A DNA stretch of 64,000 nucleotides from contig CABYDZ010000001.1 of NCBI GenBank assembly GCA_902517885.1, positions 48,567 to 112,566 of the forward strand, in the 5' to 3' direction. Shown here piece after piece: positions 10,971-21,522 of this stretch. This stretch comes from an uncultured Pelagibacteraceae bacterium (GTDB taxonomy: Bacteria; Pseudomonadota; Alphaproteobacteria; Pelagibacterales; AG-422-B15). Both the position numbers and the translations under genes were made by a program. The notes under the pieces are model-generated. The model ran no database searches and was not told the origin of the DNA. It saw only the letters and a program-made list of their open reading frames with translations. Numbering within the stretch: the stretch's first letter is position 1; each line of letters starts with the position of its first letter.

Positions 10971-12296
10971 TTATCTTTGTTTTAATTCTGAGAATATTTT
11001 TTTATAAAAAATACTATCGTATTTATTAAAGTACATTACTACTATTGCTATCGTTCCCGCAATAGATGGAAAAATATAACCCATGATGAAAAGACCATTG
11101 AGGGTTTCTTCGCTTTGTATTGCTGAATTTGCAATATAATTTGTGTTATCTAATATCACTCCTGCTAACCAAGCACTAAAACCAACACTTAACTTAAACA
11201 CAAATACATGAGCAGAATTAAGTATTCCCTCTCCTCGAAATCCTGATTTCCACTCACCATACTCAACTGTATCAGCAATCATTGACCAGGCCATTACACC
11301 TGCCATTCCAAAACCAACGAATCCAGGACTAGCAATGAATGCCAATAACCAAAAGTTTTCATAACCAGTGATAAAATAAATTATTAAATCTGTAATAACA
11401 TAGAGAAAAGTTCCAATCATGAATAAAGTTTTCTTTTCAAACCTGTGTTTTACTAAATTTATTACATATGCCCCAAGCATAATTTGAAGAATTACGCCCA
11501 GTAAAATTGGACTAAAGTATGCTTCTAATTGTAAGTTATATTTAACGAAATAGATTACTGTAAGTTGCTTAATATTGTTTGCAATCCAAGTAGTAAGAAG
11601 AGCCAATATAACAAAGTGTAATGGAAAATTTGTAAAAACCATCTTTATGATTTTTTTTAATCCAACACGTTTTTCATAAGGCTTAGAATAAATTTCTTTA
11701 GTATTAAAGAAGCAAAGAAAAGCAAAAATTGCTCCCAAGAAAGCTAAACAACCAACCACAACTGGAAATCCAAATTGAGGTGAACTGAACAAGCCAACTA
11801 GGGGTAATGTTAACACTGCTACGGCAATTGATCCTGAACTAGCCCCTAAAAACCTGAATGAAGCAAGAGAGGTTCTCTCATCTCGATCTTGAGTCATAGC
11901 AGGAATAAGTGAACCAACTGGAATAGCTATAATTGTATATAGTGTCGTGAAAGTAATATAGGTGAATAGAGCCCAATAAAATTTTCCAGTTTGAGATAAA
12001 TCTGGTGAAGTAAAACACAGTATAATCATTATTAAAGCAGGTACTGATCCAAACAAAATATATGGTCTGAATTTCCCCCATCTTGTTGATGTATTATCTG
12101 CAATGTATCCCATGATTGGATCAGTAAATGCATCCCAGACTTTTGCTAGGAAAAATACTAATCCTGCTTGTGTTGGCGATAGACCAAAAATATCTGTATA
12201 GAAAAATAGTAGGTAAAAGACGGTTAACTGCCACATGATATTTATCGCAAAATCTCCGCCGCCGTAAAATATCTTTGATCTGGTACTTAGTTTCAT
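10971..12296 (-). CDS. GPH-family (MelB-like) glycoside:cation symporter, MFS
   Basis: WDAFTDPIMGYIADNTSTRWGKFRPY, ADTVEYGEWKSGFRGEG; about 12 hydrophobic segments. Confidence 0.9.
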   Translation of the reverse strand: MKLSTRSKIFYGGGDFAINIMWQLTVFYLLFFYTDIFGLSPTQAGLVFFLAKVWDAFTDPIMGYIADNTSTRWGKFRPYILFGSVPALIMIILCFTSPDLSQTGKFYWALFTYITFTTLYTIIAIPVGSLIPAMTQDRDERTSLASFRFLGASSGSIAVAVLTLPLVGLFSSPQFGFPVVVGCLAFLGAIFAFLCFFNTKEIYSKPYEKRVGLKKIIKMVFTNFPLHFVILALLTTWIANNIKQLTVIYFVKYNLQLEAYFSPILLGVILQIMLGAYVINLVKHRFEKKTLFMIGTFLYVITDLIIYFITGYENFWLLAFIASPGFVGFGMAGVMAWSMIADTVEYGEWKSGFRGEGILNSAHVFVFKLSVGFSAWLAGVILDNTNYIANSAIQSEETLNGLFIMGYIFPSIAGTIAIVVMYFNKYDSIFYKKIFSELKQR

Positions 12297-13435
12297 AAAT
12301 TTTTATAAGTTGTTTCTACTAATTTTAATGCTCTTTGATCACCTAGCATGGACCCTGTAAGTAAATTCATAGTATAAGCAAAACTCAGCCCATTTTCGGG
12401 ATCACCAAAAGCCATAGAACCACCCCAACCAGTATGACCAAATGCTTTACTGCTCTTTCCAAAAAGTTTACCACCTCCAACACTGTATCCTGTACAGCTC
12501 CATTGCATGGGTGATTTCATAACATTGTCATCACCACTGACTGCAACTGATGTTACCAACTTAAAAGTTTCATTTGAGATGAAGTTATTTGATTGATGAT
12601 TTATAAAATGATCATAAATTTTAGCAATTGATCTTGAGTTCGCGTGACAATTCATTGCCGGTATTTCGGCTAGTCTCCATTCTGCAGTATTTGCCGTTTT
12701 GGTTCTGTTAGCTGGATTGAGGAATGCAGTTACCATGTAATTATCAACATTTTCTGGATTACTAAATGCTTTACGTAAACTTTCAGAACTTATTAGCTCA
12801 GCAATATTGTTGTGGTATGTCTCAGGGGTTCCAATAAAACATTTTGCATTCAGCGGTTTACTAAGCAGTTCATGCAAATTTTTTCCAACTGATTTTTTTG
12901 TAATTCTTTTAATTAATTCTCCAACGAGAAAACCAATAGTTTTAGGGTGATAACAAATTTCTTCGTTGGGTTCATGTAAAGGTTTTTGTTTTGCAAGTAA
13001 CTCACAAACATAATCCCAGTTATAAAAATCCGTTTCATCAAGAGGTTCCCTCCAACCATAAAGACCTGCCTGATGAGATAAAAGTGTTTTTACCCTAATA
13101 TCATTTTTTCCATTTTCAGAAAATTCTGGCCAATAATCACAAACCCTTTTATCTAATTCCAAATCACCATTATCAATTAGTTTTGCAACTACCATGGCAA
13201 CAATTCCTTTGCTGGTTGAATGAACATTGACTAAGGTGTCTTTATTCCAGCTAATTTTTTTGTCACGATCTTGAAAACCGCCATAGAGATCTATGATAGG
13301 CTTACCGTCTTTGTACACAGCAAATGACGCACCAACTTCCTCATCACTTTCAATATTTCTCTTAAAAAGTTCGAAGGTTTCTTGGAACTTTTCATCAAAT
13401 TCCCCATACTCTGTAACAGAATCCATAGTGCTCAT
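12293..13435 (-). CDS. Serine hydrolase, beta-lactamase/family VIII esterase type
   Basis: SxxK (STSK), LLSHQAGL, YH, FGHTGWGGS; start may be 13426. Confidence 0.85.
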   Translation of the reverse strand: MSTMDSVTEYGEFDEKFQETFELFKRNIESDEEVGASFAVYKDGKPIIDLYGGFQDRDKKISWNKDTLVNVHSTSKGIVAMVVAKLIDNGDLELDKRVCDYWPEFSENGKNDIRVKTLLSHQAGLYGWREPLDETDFYNWDYVCELLAKQKPLHEPNEEICYHPKTIGFLVGELIKRITKKSVGKNLHELLSKPLNAKCFIGTPETYHNNIAELISSESLRKAFSNPENVDNYMVTAFLNPANRTKTANTAEWRLAEIPAMNCHANSRSIAKIYDHFINHQSNNFISNETFKLVTSVAVSGDDNVMKSPMQWSCTGYSVGGGKLFGKSSKAFGHTGWGGSMAFGDPENGLSFAYTMNLLTGSMLGDQRALKLVETTYKNL

Positions 13436-13481
13436 TTATAGTGTAATAAAATTAAATTTATATATTCTTCATTTAGATTAT

Positions 13482-14390
13482 ATGAGTGAAGTAAATAACA
13501 AAACATATTTAATTGGATTTATTCTTGCCTTATCTGCTGGGTTGATATGGAGTTTTGGTGCACCTACTGTTCGCTATATGGTCGATGCTGAAATTTATCA
13601 ATGGCAATATCTATTTTGTAGAGGCATTGTAGTAGCAACAATTCTCCTAATCTTTTTAATATATCAAGAAGGATTAGCATTCAGACATAATTTTAAAAGA
13701 GTAGGCATATCAGGTTTAATTGGTGGTTTGGGTCTAGCTTCAGCATTTATTTTTTTCATATTTGGAATGACTTTTACTTCTGCTGCAACAACGTTATTTA
13801 TGATTGGAACCCAACCTTTATTTGCAGGACTGTTTGCTTATATTTTTCTTAGAGAGAAAGTTGGAATAACCACAGCTATTGCATGTTTTGTATCATTATT
13901 TGGAATGTTTTTAATGGCATACAATGATTGGTTTGCTGGCACATTTTTAGGTTGGACTTTTGGTTTGTTTTGTTCGATTGGTTTTGCAATATTTGCTACA
14001 ACTTTAAGATGGCAGCCTGATACACCAAAATTTACTACGATTATTATTGCTGGAATTGCATGCTCCTTATTTTCAATGTGCATGATTATTTATCTTAATG
14101 ATGGTTATACTATGCCGCTTAGAAATATATTATTAAGTATGATGCATGGTTCGTTTGTAGCAATAGGGTTAATACTTTTAAGTATCGGCGCACGCTATTT
14201 GCCAGCAGCTGAATTCATGCTTCTTTCTCTTACTGAAGTAGTAGGGGGAGTCATATGGTGTTGGATACCTCTTTTTGGAGTTAACGAGGTGCCTTCAACA
14301 TTCACTCTTATAGGAGGTATGATTATAATTATCGCAATTAGCTTCTACGCTTTAGGTTCAAAACAGAAAACATCACCACCAACTCTATGA
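13482..14390 (+). CDS. DMT/EamA-family transporter
   Basis: About 10 TM segments in two EamA-like halves (FLREKV); start moved to MSEVNN because the longer ORF overlaps the divergent gene. Confidence 0.85.
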   Translation: MSEVNNKTYLIGFILALSAGLIWSFGAPTVRYMVDAEIYQWQYLFCRGIVVATILLIFLIYQEGLAFRHNFKRVGISGLIGGLGLASAFIFFIFGMTFTSAATTLFMIGTQPLFAGLFAYIFLREKVGITTAIACFVSLFGMFLMAYNDWFAGTFLGWTFGLFCSIGFAIFATTLRWQPDTPKFTTIIIAGIACSLFSMCMIIYLNDGYTMPLRNILLSMMHGSFVAIGLILLSIGARYLPAAEFMLLSLTEVVGGVIWCWIPLFGVNEVPSTFTLIGGMIIIIAISFYALGSKQKTSPPTL

Positions 14391-14406
14391 GTAAAGAGTT
14401 TACTGA

Positions 14407-15570
14407 ATGAATGAAATAGTATCGACCAACTGGAATTATCCTACCCCCATATGGTTTGGGCTTTCACGTAGACTTGAAATTATAGAGGCGCTTAATGAGT
14501 TATCTATAACCAAACCAATGATTGTTACAGACCCAAATTTTGCAGAAAATGAAAATTTTGTTGATATCCTTGCTATTCTTAAAAAGAGTCAGATCGAATT
14601 CTCTGTATTTTCAAATATAAAAGGCAATCCCACGGGTAAGAATGTAGCGGACGGTGTTCATCAATTTAATTCAAGGAATAGTGATGGTATAATTATAATT
14701 GGTGGAGGAAGCTCTTTGGATGCCGGAAAGGCCATTGCCTTCATGTCGAAGCAGAAAGAGAACCTATGGTTTTTTGAAGATGTCAGCGACAATTGGAAAC
14801 AAGCTGTAACTGGCAATCTGCCAAAAGTAATTGCAATTCCAACAACCTCAGGAACTGGTTCAGAGACAGGACGAGCCTCACTTATTGTGGATGAAGCAGA
14901 TATGACAAAAAAAATTATTTTCCATCCATCTTTCTTGCCCGATTTAGTCGTTCTTGATCCTGAGCTGACTTTGAGTTTACCTCCTCACTTAACTGCTGCG
15001 ACGGGGATGGATGCGCTCGCTCATTGTCTTGAAGCCTATTGCGCACGAGGGTTTCATCCAATGGCAGATGGGATAGCTTTAGAGGGAATTAAAAATGTAA
15101 AGGATCAATTGGTCACTGCTTATAATGAGCCAGACAATATTCTTGCTAGGAGTAAGATGTTAGTAACCTCATCTATGGGTTCTACAGCTTTTCAAAAAGG
15201 ATTAGGAGCTATTCATTCATTGTCACATCCGATAAATGCAGTAAATGATATTCATCATGGTTTATCAAATGCTATTTTCATGCCTTATGTACTTAACTTT
15301 AATAAAGATGTAATTGAAGAGAGAATTATTTCTTTATCAAAATATTTAGATCTAAATAAGAAATCATTTGATGGGTTCATGGAATGGATCTTGGACTTGA
15401 GAAGTAATCTTGCAATACCTCATACACTTAAAGAGTTGAATGTCGATTTTGATTTTGACTTACTATCAGAAATGGCTTTAAAAGATCCATCCACTCAACC
15501 TAATCCTAAAGATATATCATTTGATCAAATGAAGAATCTTTACATAAATTCATACGAGGGTATTCTATAG
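14407..15570 (+). CDS. Iron-containing alcohol dehydrogenase
   Basis: GGGSSLDAGK, IPTTSGTGSE, DALAHCLE, HSLSHP, HHGL. Confidence 0.92.
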   Translation: MNEIVSTNWNYPTPIWFGLSRRLEIIEALNELSITKPMIVTDPNFAENENFVDILAILKKSQIEFSVFSNIKGNPTGKNVADGVHQFNSRNSDGIIIIGGGSSLDAGKAIAFMSKQKENLWFFEDVSDNWKQAVTGNLPKVIAIPTTSGTGSETGRASLIVDEADMTKKIIFHPSFLPDLVVLDPELTLSLPPHLTAATGMDALAHCLEAYCARGFHPMADGIALEGIKNVKDQLVTAYNEPDNILARSKMLVTSSMGSTAFQKGLGAIHSLSHPINAVNDIHHGLSNAIFMPYVLNFNKDVIEERIISLSKYLDLNKKSFDGFMEWILDLRSNLAIPHTLKELNVDFDFDLLSEMALKDPSTQPNPKDISFDQMKNLYINSYEGIL

Positions 15571-15572
15571 TT

Positions 15573-16313
15573 ATGATTAAAACAGAAAAATTAATCTATG
15601 GTGCACTTAATTCTGATCAAAAATTTGAAGGCTCAATCAGTTATGATGATAGTATAAGTACTCCTCGTCCTGGTATCCTCGTTTGTCATGCATATGGCGG
15701 GCATTCACCTTTTGATATTGAGAAAGCTGAAAAATTGGCTGAATTAGGTTATTTTGCTTTTGCAATTGATCTCTATGGTCAAGGTAGGCGAGGTTCTAAT
15801 CCAGAGGAATCAATGGCACTTATGAATGAATTTAATTCTAACCGAGTGTTGCTTCAAGAACGTATGATAAATGCGTTTGAAACTCTTAAAAACTTTGATC
15901 AAGTTGATAAGAATAAAACAGGAGCCATCGGGTTTTGTTTTGGTGGCAAATGTGCTCTTGATCTTGCAAGATCTGGAGAGGACATTAAAGGAGTTGTAAG
16001 TTTTCATGGACTTTATGATGCTCCAACAGCTAGTACTGGAAAGCAATTTAAAGGCACATTAAAAATTGATAGCTCGATACTAATTTTGCATGGTTATGAT
16101 GATCCTATGGCTACTCCAAAAAGTATGATTGATTTGGCTGATGAATTAAAATCGAAGAAAGCTAAATGGCAAATTCACGCATATGGCAATGTAGGTCACG
16201 CCTTTACTAATCCAGAAGCTAATCAGAGAGAAAACGGATTATTTTATGACCAATACGCTAATGAGCATTCTTGGAATGAAATGAAAAATTTCTTTTCAAA
16301 ATTATTTTTATAA
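15573..16313 (+). CDS. Dienelactone hydrolase family protein
   Basis: GFCFGG nucleophile, HGYDDP, GHAFTNP. Confidence 0.9.
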   Translation: MIKTEKLIYGALNSDQKFEGSISYDDSISTPRPGILVCHAYGGHSPFDIEKAEKLAELGYFAFAIDLYGQGRRGSNPEESMALMNEFNSNRVLLQERMINAFETLKNFDQVDKNKTGAIGFCFGGKCALDLARSGEDIKGVVSFHGLYDAPTASTGKQFKGTLKIDSSILILHGYDDPMATPKSMIDLADELKSKKAKWQIHAYGNVGHAFTNPEANQRENGLFYDQYANEHSWNEMKNFFSKLFL

Positions 16314-16316
16314 ATA

Positions 16317-17384
16317 TTAATTAATATTAGTGATTTTGATTTTTTCAGAACCGACTGGCAGTATCGCCATAGTTCCATCATCTGCTAATGACCAATTGTC
16401 TGGACGTACTTCATTAACGCCTCTCACAAAAATTATTTTAGCAATGAAATTTTGAGGGGCTGGTGTCAGATGATAGAATATTAACTCTTTTACATTCGCT
16501 TCATTGGCAGCTTGTGCAGCCTCAATTGGAGAAGCATGATAATCCTGAATATCATAATAGACAGTGGATAATAAGGGATTAACGTCTTTAGAAATTTCTT
16601 CTAATCTTCCTATCATATTTTGAGAGAGAGCATCATGAAACAGCAAGTCTGCATTTTTAGCTTGTTCAACTAAGTTTTCACTGTAGTCGGTATCACCACT
16701 TATCACTATGGATCTGCCTTTATAATCAAAGCGAAAACCTAGCGAAGGATCAACTGGAAAATGCTCAACTTCAAAAGCTGTTATCTTAAGGTTACCATCA
16801 TCAAAAATAACTGGATCATTTAAATTAATTATTTTTGTATCAAAGCCAGCAAAGTCAGAAGGAGCTACTTCTTCTCCATGATGAAGTGTTCTCCACTCAG
16901 TGTCTAACTCATATGCTTTTGTTATCCCCTCAGTTACGAGATCGGTACCCAATGGCCCATACACAGGCAGTTTTCTGCCTCTATTTTGAGTTACCCATGA
17001 ATAGAGGTGAAAGTCAGCTAAATCGGAAATATGATCTGAATGCAAGTGAGTTAATAAGACTGCATCTAAATTACCAAGATTAATACTCCAATTTAATAGG
17101 TTTTGCCTGCTACCATCCCCAGTATCAACCACAAACATATGATCAGGAGTTTTTATCATTATGCAAGGCTCGGCTCTTCCCTTACCAGGTAAGGGTCCCC
17201 GTGATCCACAAACAAGACCAATAATATAATCGCCATCAAGACTTATTAATTTATCCTGATTATTCCATTGTCTATCAAAATCAAAATCTATCAACAGATT
17301 TTGAACAGGAGTAGTCCTTATTCCGATAAGAGCAATAATGAGTATTAAAATTGCAGTTATAAAAAAAAAATAAATTTTTTTCAT
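16317..17384 (-). CDS. Membrane-anchored metallo-beta-lactamase-fold hydrolase (RNase Z/AtsA-like)
   Basis: N-terminal TM helix; THLHSDH, VEHFP, SGDT, DYHA, YHL. Confidence 0.8.
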   Translation of the reverse strand: MKKIYFFFITAILILIIALIGIRTTPVQNLLIDFDFDRQWNNQDKLISLDGDYIIGLVCGSRGPLPGKGRAEPCIMIKTPDHMFVVDTGDGSRQNLLNWSINLGNLDAVLLTHLHSDHISDLADFHLYSWVTQNRGRKLPVYGPLGTDLVTEGITKAYELDTEWRTLHHGEEVAPSDFAGFDTKIINLNDPVIFDDGNLKITAFEVEHFPVDPSLGFRFDYKGRSIVISGDTDYSENLVEQAKNADLLFHDALSQNMIGRLEEISKDVNPLLSTVYYDIQDYHASPIEAAQAANEANVKELIFYHLTPAPQNFIAKIIFVRGVNEVRPDNWSLADDGTMAILPVGSEKIKITNIN

Positions 17385-17386
17385 AT

Positions 17387-17764
17387 TTATTGGCTAGACA
17401 TTCTCTTTGATGTTACAAGCAATAAAGTAATAAGTATTATTTCAATAATAATAAATTGAGTTGCAAAGGTTGCATCATGTGCTGCCCATGAGATCACTCT
17501 AAATAAAGCAGTAACACCTAAAAGCATCGCGGGCGCATAAAACCAAATACTTCTTAAAGTATAAGCTGCAAGTATCATCATTAAACCAATGCAAAAAAAA
17601 TAGCTTCCTACATCACCAATCAGACTACTTCGACCTAATCCATCGGAAATTTCTAAGATACCAAAGTTAGCTCCAGCTTCGTAGGGAGAAATCACCCAGA
17701 GGAGACCAATTGCAATAAACAAGATCCCATTGATAGCATTTAAAACAACTAAAAATCTATTCAT
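17387..17764 (-). CDS. Small 4-TM membrane protein (DUF4345-like)
   Basis: Four hydrophobic segments; 2 bp upstream of the MBL gene. Confidence 0.6.
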   Translation of the reverse strand: MNRFLVVLNAINGILFIAIGLLWVISPYEAGANFGILEISDGLGRSSLIGDVGSYFFCIGLMMILAAYTLRSIWFYAPAMLLGVTALFRVISWAAHDATFATQFIIIEIILITLLLVTSKRMSSQ

Positions 17765-17829
17765 AATCTTTCCCCTTTAGTATTATTAAATAATGTTTAT
17801 TTTTATTATAATCAATAATAAGGTTCAAT

Positions 17830-18252
17830 ATGGAAGTTAAAAATAAGGTTTATCCCAGTAAAGATCAGATGAGAGGTTTCTTTGAAACCGCAACTGATAA
17901 TGAACCAATCTATATGGTTAACTTATTAAAGTTTAAAGATAAAGCTGAATATAAAGATGGAAGAAAAACAAAATTGACTGGTAGAGAAGCATACAAAATC
18001 TATGCAGAATTTGTTAAGAAGCATTTACAAAATATTGGTGGAGATCTTATTTTACACACAGATGTGACGCGTATGGCAGTTGGGCAAGTTGAGGAATTAT
18101 GGGATGTAGTTGCTATTGCTAAATGGCCTTCAAGACAAATTATGGGTGAGAATATGATGCCAAATGACCCAACGTATCTTGAAGCGTACCAACATCGAGA
18201 AGCAGGTTTAGCGGGTCAACTGAATATTGAAACTAAGGAAATAAATGATTGA
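17830..18252 (+). CDS. DUF1330-family dimeric alpha-beta barrel protein
   Basis: [39 protein letters not shown]. Confidence 0.75.
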   Translation: MEVKNKVYPSKDQMRGFFETATDNEPIYMVNLLKFKDKAEYKDGRKTKLTGREAYKIYAEFVKKHLQNIGGDLILHTDVTRMAVGQVEELWDVVAIAKWPSRQIMGENMMPNDPTYLEAYQHREAGLAGQLNIETKEIND

Positions 18253-18931
18253 ACTATATACTTCGCCTACACCAAATGGATATAAGATTTCCGTCGCACT
18301 AGAGGAACTTGAAATACCTTACAACGTTCACGTTGTTAATCTACAAGCTGGAGATCAAAAAAAACCTGAATTCCTAGCAATGAATCCAAATGGACGCATT
18401 CCTGTGATTGTTGATATAGAAAATAATAATCTTTCAATTATGGAAAGTGGTGCTCAACTCATATATTTAGCTGAGAAAGCAGGAAAACTTTTACCTACCG
18501 AAACAATTGCTCGTTCTAAAGTGATTCAATGGTTGATGTTTCAAATGGGAGGAATTGGCCCCATGATGGGGCAGGCAAACGTTTTTTTTCGGTATTGGCC
18601 TGGCGATAAAATCCAAGCGGCTGTAGATCGTTATCAAAATGAAGGTCGACGATTATTTGAGGTAATGGAAACACGCTTAAAGGATAATGAATTTTTAGCG
18701 GATGATTTTAGTATTGCTGATATTGCTAACTGGTGCTGGGTAAGAACATATAAGTGGTCAGGTATCAAAATAGATGGCCTGACAGGTCTTCAAAGATGGA
18801 TGCAAATGATGGAAGATCGACCGGCATGTAAAAAAGGTGTAGCTGTTCCAATTGATATTATGGAGTTGATGAGAAATATGAAACAATCAAAAGATTTAAC
18901 CGATACAGGTTCGAAAATTATACAGAAATAG
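18245..18931 (+). CDS. Glutathione S-transferase, YfcG/YghU (Nu-class) type
   Basis: [40 protein letters not shown]. Confidence 0.9.
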   Translation: MIELYTSPTPNGYKISVALEELEIPYNVHVVNLQAGDQKKPEFLAMNPNGRIPVIVDIENNNLSIMESGAQLIYLAEKAGKLLPTETIARSKVIQWLMFQMGGIGPMMGQANVFFRYWPGDKIQAAVDRYQNEGRRLFEVMETRLKDNEFLADDFSIADIANWCWVRTYKWSGIKIDGLTGLQRWMQMMEDRPACKKGVAVPIDIMELMRNMKQSKDLTDTGSKIIQK

Positions 18932-18940
18932 ATAGATATT

Positions 18941-19984
18941 ATGAATTTACCAAATCCATTAGTAGTACTTGGCGGAGTGGGGTCACCTTATACTCGCAAA
19001 ATGCTCTCCTACCTACGATATAAAAGACTTCCCCACAAAATGATCTGGGGAGACCCTTCAAAATATCTAGATCAGGAAGGAATAGAAAAACCAAAACCTA
19101 GTTTACTGCCAACGTTTGTATTGCCTGATGAAGATGGAAATTTGAAAGCAGTAACTGACTCCACTCCATTGATAAGAAGGATTGATAAAGAGGTCAGTGA
19201 ACGAAGTACGATACCATCTGACCCCGCCCTTGCGTTCATAAATTATCTAATAGAAGATTTTGCCGATGAGTGGGGTACTAAATATATGTTTCATTATCGA
19301 TGGCACGATCAAAAAGATGCAAATAATGCAGGTACTATTTTACCACTTCAGACTATAGGAATGATGCCAGATGATATGCTAAATAATGTTAGAGAAATGA
19401 TCAGTAAAAGGCAAATTGACAGATTGTGGGTAGTGGGCTCAAACAATGATACAGCGCCAATAATAGATGCAAGTTTAAGGCGCTTATTAGTTATTCTTGA
19501 AAAGCATTTTGCATCCGCATCTTACCTATTAAGTAAAAGACCTTCTTCCAGCGATTTTGCTTTATATGGTCAACTGTCTCAGCTTGTTAACTTTGATCCA
19601 ACTCCCAGAGAAATTTGTCATGAGGTGTCTTTGAGAACAGTTGCATGGGTTGGTTTAATTGAAGATCAGTCTGGCATTGAAGTTACCGATGAACAATGGG
19701 GATCAATTGAAAGTTTACCATCGACAGTAAAAGATTTACTTATTGAAATTGGAAATGGGTATGTGCCTGCACAATTAGCAAATGCAAGAGCTATAGAAAA
19801 TGGTGATAAAGAATGGGAAACAGAAATCGATAATTGCCTTTGGAAGCAAAAATCGTTTCCCTACCAGGCAAAGTGTCTTAAATGGGTTAATGAAGAATAT
19901 AGTGCACTTGAAAAAAATGATCGAAAAAAAGTTAATAACCTCCTTGATGGCACAGGATGTGAAAGGTTAATATTAAAATTATGA
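18941..19984 (+). CDS. Glutathione S-transferase-like protein (long form)
   Basis: GSPYTRKMLSYLRYK, TDSTPLI, IEDFADEW, SDFALYGQL. Confidence 0.75.
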   Translation: MNLPNPLVVLGGVGSPYTRKMLSYLRYKRLPHKMIWGDPSKYLDQEGIEKPKPSLLPTFVLPDEDGNLKAVTDSTPLIRRIDKEVSERSTIPSDPALAFINYLIEDFADEWGTKYMFHYRWHDQKDANNAGTILPLQTIGMMPDDMLNNVREMISKRQIDRLWVVGSNNDTAPIIDASLRRLLVILEKHFASASYLLSKRPSSSDFALYGQLSQLVNFDPTPREICHEVSLRTVAWVGLIEDQSGIEVTDEQWGSIESLPSTVKDLLIEIGNGYVPAQLANARAIENGDKEWETEIDNCLWKQKSFPYQAKCLKWVNEEYSALEKNDRKKVNNLLDGTGCERLILKL

Positions 19985-20622
19985 AGGTGGATTTATATTT
20001 CTCTTTTAGAAGTCCCTATTCGTATTTAATTTTGCCACGCATGGTTGAATTGAGGGATAAACATGGGGTAGATGTTAATTTTAAGCAAGTTTACCCTCTT
20101 GCAATAAGGGAACCAGAATTTTTTAAAGGTAAAAATCTCTTTACTTACTTTTTAATCAGAAGAATTGATTATGTCAGACAAGCAAAAAAAAATAATATGG
20201 TTTTTGCCAAGCCAAATCCTGATCCAATAAATCAAAACTTGGTGACTGGAAAAATTTCTGATCATCAGCCTTATATTTTTAAATTAGCCCATTATTGTCA
20301 AGCTATTCAAAAAGATAAGCAGCTTGATTTTGCCGTTGTGGTTTCAAATAAAATATGGAGTGGTCTCAAGAACTGGAATACAGATGAGTCAATAGCTGAT
20401 GCTACTTCAAAAGTTGGACTGAAGTTCGAAGATATTGAAAAAATACGTATCGAAAATGAACAAGCGATAATTGATGAAATTAAGTTAAATCAAAAAGAAC
20501 AGCTCGAAGCGGGACATCATGGAGTTCCTCTATCTGTTTACAAAGATAAATTCTTTTTTGGCCAAGACCGTTTTGATGATCTGGTTAGTGAATTAAAAAA
20601 AGATGGATTAGTAATCAGCTGA
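19981..20622 (+). CDS. DsbA-fold kappa-class GST / 2-hydroxychromene-2-carboxylate isomerase family
   Basis: YFSFRSPYSY, GVP, FFGQDR. Confidence 0.85.
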   Translation: MKVDLYFSFRSPYSYLILPRMVELRDKHGVDVNFKQVYPLAIREPEFFKGKNLFTYFLIRRIDYVRQAKKNNMVFAKPNPDPINQNLVTGKISDHQPYIFKLAHYCQAIQKDKQLDFAVVVSNKIWSGLKNWNTDESIADATSKVGLKFEDIEKIRIENEQAIIDEIKLNQKEQLEAGHHGVPLSVYKDKFFFGQDRFDDLVSELKKDGLVIS

Positions 20623-20657
20623 AAAGAAACAAAGGATTTCCTGAGCTACAATTTATA

Positions 20658-21521
20658 CTATTGTGCTGATATTCCTCTTATTCTCTCAGATCTTCTTCGT
20701 AATAATTCTGTTACGATCAGAATTAATGTTGAAAGAACAATTAAGCAAGTAGCTACAGCCATAATCGTTGGACTAAGCTGCTCTCTTAATCCTGTCCACA
20801 TCTGAAGAGGTATAGTTGTTAAGTTCCTATCGCCTCCAGCAACGAATAAGATTACGACTATTTCATCAAATGATGTAACGAATGCAAAGAGTGCACCTGA
20901 AATAATTCCTGGTGTGATAAGAGGTAATGTAATTTTAAAAAATGTATTGGTTGGTGTACTGCCAAGACTTGAAGCAGCTCTTGTAATACTGTCATCAAAA
21001 CCACTTAAAGTAGCAGTTACAGTAATGACAACAAATGGAGTTCCTAGAATTATATGCGCTATGACTATGCCAGGAAACGTTGCTGCAAGACCTAATTTAG
21101 CAAGTGAAAAGAAGATTGCTGAGCCAGAAATGATAAGTGGGATGATCATTGGTGAAATTAAAATACTCATGATCAATTGTTTGTAAGGCATGTAACGACT
21201 GCTGAGCCCAAGAGCAGCAACAGTTCCTAAAACTGTAGCACCTATCGTTGCGAAAAAGGCATAATAGATGCTGTTCCGAGCAGCTATTCCCCATGGATTT
21301 TTGGTACCATACACCATATCTTCATACCATCTAAGCGAGAATGCTTCAGGTTGAAGAGCTAGCATCCCATCAGAAAAATGAATGTATTGCTCTGCATTAA
21401 ATGAAAGAGGAATAATGACAAATAGTGGAGCTATGAGGAAAAAGAAAACGGCAGTACAAATAATAATATATGAGTAGTGCCAGACCCTGTATCTTGTTTC
21501 AGTATATTTTGGCAAAGCCAT
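20658..21521 (-). CDS. potC: Polyamine-type ABC transporter permease (PotC-like)
   Basis: RAASSLG (EAA loop), FAFVTSFDE; start at MALPK or at 21530. Confidence 0.85.
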   Translation of the reverse strand: MALPKYTETRYRVWHYSYIIICTAVFFFLIAPLFVIIPLSFNAEQYIHFSDGMLALQPEAFSLRWYEDMVYGTKNPWGIAARNSIYYAFFATIGATVLGTVAALGLSSRYMPYKQLIMSILISPMIIPLIISGSAIFFSLAKLGLAATFPGIVIAHIILGTPFVVITVTATLSGFDDSITRAASSLGSTPTNTFFKITLPLITPGIISGALFAFVTSFDEIVVILFVAGGDRNLTTIPLQMWTGLREQLSPTIMAVATCLIVLSTLILIVTELLRRRSERIRGISAQ

Positions 21522-21522
21522 C

